From Candidatus Cloacimonadales bacterium (GTDB lineage Bacteria; Cloacimonadota; Cloacimonadia; Cloacimonadales; JAIOQZ01), in contig OY762463.1 of assembly GCA_963665815.1 (NCBI GenBank), positions 896,001 through 960,000 of the forward strand: a stretch of 64,000 nt of DNA, given 5' to 3'. The translations under genes and the position numbers were made by a program. Below the pieces are notes generated by a model that saw only the letters and a program-made list of their open reading frames with translations, made no database searches and was not told the origin of the DNA. How positions within the stretch are numbered: position 1 is the stretch's first letter; each line of letters starts with the position of its first letter. Shown piece by piece: positions 59,463 through 64,000 of the stretch.

Positions 59463-61061
59463 ATGCAAAAACTGCTTTTGTTAGGCGATGAAGCTTTTGC
59501 GCAGGGAACTCTTGATGCTGGTTTATCTGGATTCTACGGTTATCCGGGAACTCCATCAACCGAGATCGGTGAGTATATTCAGCATTCTAAGCAGGCAAAG
59601 GAAAGAAACGTACACAGAACCTGGTCTGCAAATGAAAAAACAGCTATGGAAGCTGCTATCGGTATGTCTTATGCCGGTAAAAGAGCTATTGTAACCATGA
59701 AACACGTTGGACTTAATGTAGCGGCTGATCCTTACATGAATTCAGCTCTTACCGGAGCTAATGGAGGATTAATCGTTGCTGTTGCAGACGATCCATCTAT
59801 GCACTCTTCCCAAAACGAACAGGATTCAAGATTTTACGGCAAGTTCGCATTACTACCTTATTTTGAGCCGGCAAATCAGCAGGAAGCCTATGACATGGCA
59901 AGACATGGTTTCGAACTTTCTGAGAAATATAACATTCCTGTACTCTTCCGTCTCACAACAAGATTAGCTCACTCCAGAGCCGGTGTTAAGAGAATTGAAG
60001 AAATTGCTGAAAATGAAATGCATCTTCCTGAAAACAGAAGACAATTCATGCTCTTACCAGCTATAGCAAGACAGAAATATAAAAGACATCTTAAAATACA
60101 GGACGATCTTGTAACTGAGTCAGAAAACTCTCCATTCAATTCTTATCGTGATGGTGAAGATAAAAAACTCGGTGTTATTGCCTGTGGATTAGCATACAAT
60201 TATCTTATGGAAAACGTTGATGAAAACTTCAACCACCCAATCCTTAAAGTTTGTCAATACCCATTACCTAAAAAATATGTAGAAAAGATTTCTGCAGAAT
60301 GTGACGAAGTTTTAGTACTTGAAGAAGGTATGCCGCTCGTAGAAGAAATGCTGAAAGGTTATTTCGGAGCCGGAACAAGGATTACAGGTAGATTAAGCGG
60401 AGCTATACCACGTGATGGTGAATTAAATCCTGCAATCGTCAGAAAAGGACTTGGACTTCCTGAATATGATAACAACCCTATGCCTGAACTCGTTACAGGC
60501 AGACCACCTGCACTTTGTGTTGGCTGTCCTCATATCGACTCTTATGTTGCCCTTAATGAAGCTCTTGAACCATACGGTAAAGGTCATGTATTCTCAGATA
60601 TTGGTTGTTACACACTCGGTTATCAACCACCTTACGATGCAATTGATTCATGTGTTGATATGGGTGCTTCAGTTACTATGGCTATCGGTGCTGCAGATGC
60701 AGGTTTATTCCCATCTGTTGCTGCAATCGGTGATTCAACTTTCGGTCACTCAGGTATTACCGGTCTCCTTGATGCAGTTGAAAAGAATGCAAATGTTGTA
60801 ATCCTTATTCTGGATAATGACACTACTGCAATGACAGGTATGCAAGACTCGGCAGTTACAGGAAAACTTGAAAAAATCTGCCTTGGTCTCGGAGTAGAAG
60901 AAGAACACCTCAGAGTAATTACTCCTCTTAAAAACAAACACGACGAAAACGTAAAAGTGTTTACCGAAGAATTCAATTACAATGGTGTTTCAGTTGTTAT
61001 TGCAAGAAGACCTTGTATTCATGTATTTGCTAAAAGAAAGCGTGCCGGAGGTAACAAATGA
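59463..61061 (+). CDS. iorA: Indolepyruvate:ferredoxin oxidoreductase alpha subunit (short form, no C-terminal ferredoxin)
   Basis: GYPGTPSTEI, NEK.A.E, MKHVGLNVAAD, DDPSMHSSQNEQD, RPP.LC.GCPH, DIGCY, GDSTF.HSG, TAMTG; AAGGAG SD before 59463. Confidence 0.95.
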   Translation: MQKLLLLGDEAFAQGTLDAGLSGFYGYPGTPSTEIGEYIQHSKQAKERNVHRTWSANEKTAMEAAIGMSYAGKRAIVTMKHVGLNVAADPYMNSALTGANGGLIVAVADDPSMHSSQNEQDSRFYGKFALLPYFEPANQQEAYDMARHGFELSEKYNIPVLFRLTTRLAHSRAGVKRIEEIAENEMHLPENRRQFMLLPAIARQKYKRHLKIQDDLVTESENSPFNSYRDGEDKKLGVIACGLAYNYLMENVDENFNHPILKVCQYPLPKKYVEKISAECDEVLVLEEGMPLVEEMLKGYFGAGTRITGRLSGAIPRDGELNPAIVRKGLGLPEYDNNPMPELVTGRPPALCVGCPHIDSYVALNEALEPYGKGHVFSDIGCYTLGYQPPYDAIDSCVDMGASVTMAIGAADAGLFPSVAAIGDSTFGHSGITGLLDAVEKNANVVILILDNDTTAMTGMQDSAVTGKLEKICLGLGVEEEHLRVITPLKNKHDENVKVFTEEFNYNGVSVVIARRPCIHVFAKRKRAGGNK

Positions 61062-61627
61062 AAATAGATATAATTTTAGCCGGAGTCGGTGGACAGGGAA
61101 TCCTCTCTATCGCTGCAATCATTGGTTATGCTGCTGTTGAATCCGGACTGCACCTGAAGCAGGCTGAAGTTCATGGTATGAGCCAGCGAGGAGGAGACGT
61201 TCAATCTCACCTCAGAATCTCCGATACAGAAGTATTCTCAGATCTCGTTCCATTAGGTCAGGCAGATATGATTCTCTCCGTTGAACCTATGGAAGCCCTC
61301 AGATATATGCCTTATCTTGCTACAAACGGCTGGATTGTTACCAACACAACACCTGTACTTAACATTCCTAATTACCCGGAAGTTGACTCTGTACTTGGTG
61401 AAGTTAAAAATGTTAAAAATCATGTTGCTTTCGATGCAGACTCACTCGCAGCAGAACTTGGATCAAAAAGATCCATGAACATGGTTATCCTTGGTGCTGC
61501 CAGTAAACATATAGACATCCCTGTTGAAAAATTCGAAGAAGGAATCAAATTCCTCTTTGGACGTAAAGGTGATGAAGTTGTTGAATCTAACATCAAGGCA
61601 TTCCATGCAGGAAGAGAAAAAGCATAA
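61058..61627 (+). CDS. iorB: Indolepyruvate:ferredoxin oxidoreductase beta subunit
   Basis: GVGGQG, EVHGMSQRGG.V.SH.R, EP.EA.RY, N..LLG-like segment, N.KAF..G. Confidence 0.95.
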   Translation: MKIDIILAGVGGQGILSIAAIIGYAAVESGLHLKQAEVHGMSQRGGDVQSHLRISDTEVFSDLVPLGQADMILSVEPMEALRYMPYLATNGWIVTNTTPVLNIPNYPEVDSVLGEVKNVKNHVAFDADSLAAELGSKRSMNMVILGAASKHIDIPVEKFEEGIKFLFGRKGDEVVESNIKAFHAGREKA

Positions 61628-61650
61628 TCGTTAATTCGTATTATATATCA

Positions 61651-61680
61651 AGGAACCCGATTTGATCGGGTTCTTTTTTT
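61651..61680 (+). terminator. Rho-independent terminator after iorB
   Basis: AGGAACCCGA-TTTGA-TCGGGTTCT followed by a T run. Confidence 0.85.
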
Positions 61681-61931
61681 ATGTAGACTATAGAGAAAAC
61701 ACAAATATTTTGCTTTACAGGTCTTGATTGCACAGACATTGCTCATCACTTCAGCTATATGAACTATTTTTTCCTTATAACCCAATAATGTATTTAACTA
61801 ATATTCAATCTTCTGCAACAAGAATTGTCTTGACAAATTGGATAACGGATAACTCTTTTTGAAAATAATCTCTAATGAATCTCATTCCTGAATCATGTTG
61901 AAATTTCAAATGCAAATATAGAGGAGAAAAA

Positions 61932-62612
61932 ATGAAGATAATCAAAATATTATTTCTATTAATAATTATTTCTCTTATTATCGGCTGTGCTTCGATGGTT
62001 CCTTATTCCATTCCAAAAGAGAATTGTTTTTATTATGAAGATTTTCGTAGCACACAGGAAGGAACACTTCCCCAAAACTGGATAGGTGGTTCTACGCTTG
62101 CTGTAAACTCATCAAATCGCTTAACTCCCTTCAAAGAAGCTGATTGGAAAACAGGACATCAAGTAACAGTTGATAACATCGAATTTCCAGATAACTTTGT
62201 ATTTGAATTCGATATTGCATCATATAAAACCAAAACTAATATATTTAACAAAGGTATGAACTTCTCTATAGGAAATCTATCTCTCAGCATTTCTTCAAGA
62301 GGAGTATATTTCGGAGAAAGCAAGTTAAATACAAAACATGGTATTCATAAATTTTATGTCATACCGGAAGATAATAGTGGTAATGTTCTTTATTGGGACA
62401 CAAACTTCCAGGGAGCTATTTACATGAGAAACATGAAAATCAGAATAGAAAGAAAAGCTCAGGTCTTCACACTATATATATATGGCAAAAAATGCAAAGT
62501 AATACGAAAAGATGATTTCTCCGGCTCAACATTCTCTATTAACTCATTTGTTGATTTTTCAATACGTAAAATATATGGTTATGACCCAGGTGAAGTAGGT
62601 ACCAATGAATAA
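61932..62612 (+). CDS. Hypothetical lipoprotein with beta-sandwich domain
   Basis: Lipobox LIIGC, GAGGAG SD, EDF....G.LP.NWIGGSTL motif shared with the next gene. Confidence 0.7.
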   Translation: MKIIKILFLLIIISLIIGCASMVPYSIPKENCFYYEDFRSTQEGTLPQNWIGGSTLAVNSSNRLTPFKEADWKTGHQVTVDNIEFPDNFVFEFDIASYKTKTNIFNKGMNFSIGNLSLSISSRGVYFGESKLNTKHGIHKFYVIPEDNSGNVLYWDTNFQGAIYMRNMKIRIERKAQVFTLYIYGKKCKVIRKDDFSGSTFSINSFVDFSIRKIYGYDPGEVGTNE

Positions 62613-63651
62613 AATAATAATCGCAGTATTAATTTTCATCACCATTTCATGCTCAACGCAGCAGATTTCAGCAAATGTGAGTCAAAATGAATCGAACAAC
62701 ACTTTTAGTTACAATATTAACGTTATAGCCAATCAACTCATTGATGGACTGAATAATGGTGGATATAAAAGAATTGCTATCCTTACATTCTATGATATTG
62801 ATAATAATCAGACTAACCTGAGTAAATTGTTGGTTGAAGAGTTAACAACTAAGCTATTCATGACAAAGAAATTTGTTTTAATTGAAAGAAATTTAATAAA
62901 TTCCTTACTTGAAGAACAGAGTATGAATTTAAGCGGAAATATTGATGAAGAAACTTCTGTAAGTATTGGGAAAATTTTGGGTGTTGAAGCTGTTGTAGTT
63001 GGAACAACAATTTTATTAAATGATGGGATCAAAGTTAATGCAAGATTGATTTCAGCAGAAACAGGTGAGTTAATATCTGTGGCATCATCAAGTTTACCAA
63101 AGAATAACCAGCTAACCACAATGTTAAGCACCATTACTAACAAATCTACAGTCTCTTCCATATCCCACAATTCCACAATTAAATCCGGTTCCAGTAATAG
63201 TGATTTTTATTTCGAAGACTTTTCATCAACTGAAGAGGGAATGCTTCCAGGTAATTGGATAGGTGGTTCAACATTGATGGTAAAGAAAGTTAATGCAAAA
63301 TCAGTTTTATCAACTTTCAAAGGTAAAAAGCATAATTTTACTATACCGGAAGTTAATTTCCCTGAAAATTTCAAGCTTTCATTTTACTTAAAGAATAATG
63401 ATAATGATTTAAAGATAACGGTAGGTAACTTAAGTTTTGGTGTGAGTCAGCTAAACGGAAATAAATTCCATTCCTCACAAAGTAATGAACTTTTTATATT
63501 AGAATTAGTAAAAGACAAATCAATATTCAAGGTTTTCATCAATGGTAAAGAAAAGAAAATGATAAGATTCTCTGAATTCAAACATGATAATACAATTGAG
63601 TTTAAGTCATCAAATTGCTATATTGATAAAATTGTTGGGAAATACTTATAA
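62605..63651 (+). CDS. Lipoprotein with FlgO/CsgG-like N-terminal domain and C-terminal beta-sandwich
   Basis: Lipobox ITISC; RIAIL.F, EEL.T.L, F.LIER..I..LL.EQ, IGKILGVEA.V.G, VNARLI..ETG. Confidence 0.8.
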   Translation: MNKIIIAVLIFITISCSTQQISANVSQNESNNTFSYNINVIANQLIDGLNNGGYKRIAILTFYDIDNNQTNLSKLLVEELTTKLFMTKKFVLIERNLINSLLEEQSMNLSGNIDEETSVSIGKILGVEAVVVGTTILLNDGIKVNARLISAETGELISVASSSLPKNNQLTTMLSTITNKSTVSSISHNSTIKSGSSNSDFYFEDFSSTEEGMLPGNWIGGSTLMVKKVNAKSVLSTFKGKKHNFTIPEVNFPENFKLSFYLKNNDNDLKITVGNLSFGVSQLNGNKFHSSQSNELFILELVKDKSIFKVFINGKEKKMIRFSEFKHDNTIEFKSSNCYIDKIVGKYL

Positions 63652-63674
63652 ATATAATGTTTTAAATTTCAAGC

Positions 63675-63704
63675 AGGAACCTGATAATGTCGGGTTTCTT
63701 TTTT
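63675..63704 (+). terminator. Rho-independent terminator after the lipoprotein pair
   Basis: AGGAACCTGA-TAATG-TCGGGTTTCT followed by a T run. Confidence 0.75.
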
Positions 63705-63719
63705 GATGATACAAATGTC

Positions 63720-63757
63720 ACACCATTGCCAAAGGTTCTCAACCATTGGAAAGGTGT
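63720..63757. repeat. REP-like imperfect palindrome
   Basis: ACACCATTGCCAAAGGTT-CTC-AACCATTGGAAAGGTGT. Confidence 0.5.
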
Positions 63758-63906
63758 CCAAGAGAGCAATCCTGCTTTCAGTGTCATTTCGTTTTTTTCC
63801 GTTGTTTAATTGTCATGAGTCAACCGTCCGGTTGCCTCTACGCGTCAGGCAGATCAGCACAAGCCAGTGCAGAATAGTAAATCCTACAGGGCGATGAAAG
63901 CCTTAA

Positions 63907-64000
63907 TCACTTCATCAATACAATCTTGCGTGTTTCCACCTGTTGACCGGATACCAGTCTGAGAAAATAAACACCGGATGAAACATCCTTACCGGAATCA
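63907..64000 (-). CDS. 3' end of a secreted protein with FlgD-Ig/T9SS-like C-terminal domain (continues beyond the window; absent from the ORF track)
   Basis: Minus strand reads DSGKDVSSGVYFLRLVSGQQVETRKIVLMK*, matching the C-terminus of the 54324-55883 protein. Confidence 0.85.
   Translation of the reverse strand, partial: DSGKDVSSGVYFLRLVSGQQVETRKIVLMK

Noticed and set aside
63703-63897. 64-aa ORF after the lipoprotein pair
   Set aside because: Starts inside a terminator tail, has no SD and runs through a palindromic repeat
1-64000. CRISPR array, tRNA, rRNA, reverse transcriptase or prophage genes
   Set aside because: No regularly spaced repeats, cloverleaf motifs, YxDD-type RT or phage structural genes seen

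Overview
AT-rich bacterial chromosomal window. Two proteins end in an NYPNPFNP...SGVYF...K type FlgD-Ig/T9SS-like C-terminal domain and there are ADP-heptose (LPS core) genes, which suggests a diderm anaerobe of the FCB area, possibly Cloacimonadota (inference only). Layout: (1) 60-14733: housekeeping genes (der, plsY, purF, split hldE halves, ddl, RseC-like, folB, folK), with an embedded four-gene secreted protein/FecR/outer-membrane barrel/CHASE2-adenylate cyclase module and a downstream stand-alone HD hydrolase. (2) 14740-23819: flippase, hydrolases and a very AT-rich three-gene islet (decayed SPASM fragment, ABC exporter, beta-propeller). (3) 24142-45076: a 21-kb glycan-modification operon built around a 2562-aa multi-domain glycosyltransferase, with sulfo-, methyl- and pyruvyl-transferases, two tandem FrhB-like Fe-S proteins and a deacetylase. 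(4) About 45025-45330: an unexplained, extensively self-complementary non-coding segment at a junction with a truncated pseudogene. (5) 45755-64000: catalytically dead M1-peptidase homologue, LTA-synthase-like sulfatase, rpsA, a complete IS3-family element (3-bp target duplication, -1 frameshift motif) splitting a small membrane-protein gene, an LTD/PKD surface protein, TPR histidine kinase, trpS, iorAB and two paralogous lipoproteins. No rRNA, tRNA or CRISPR array was seen. All calls come from reading motifs by eye; no database search was run.
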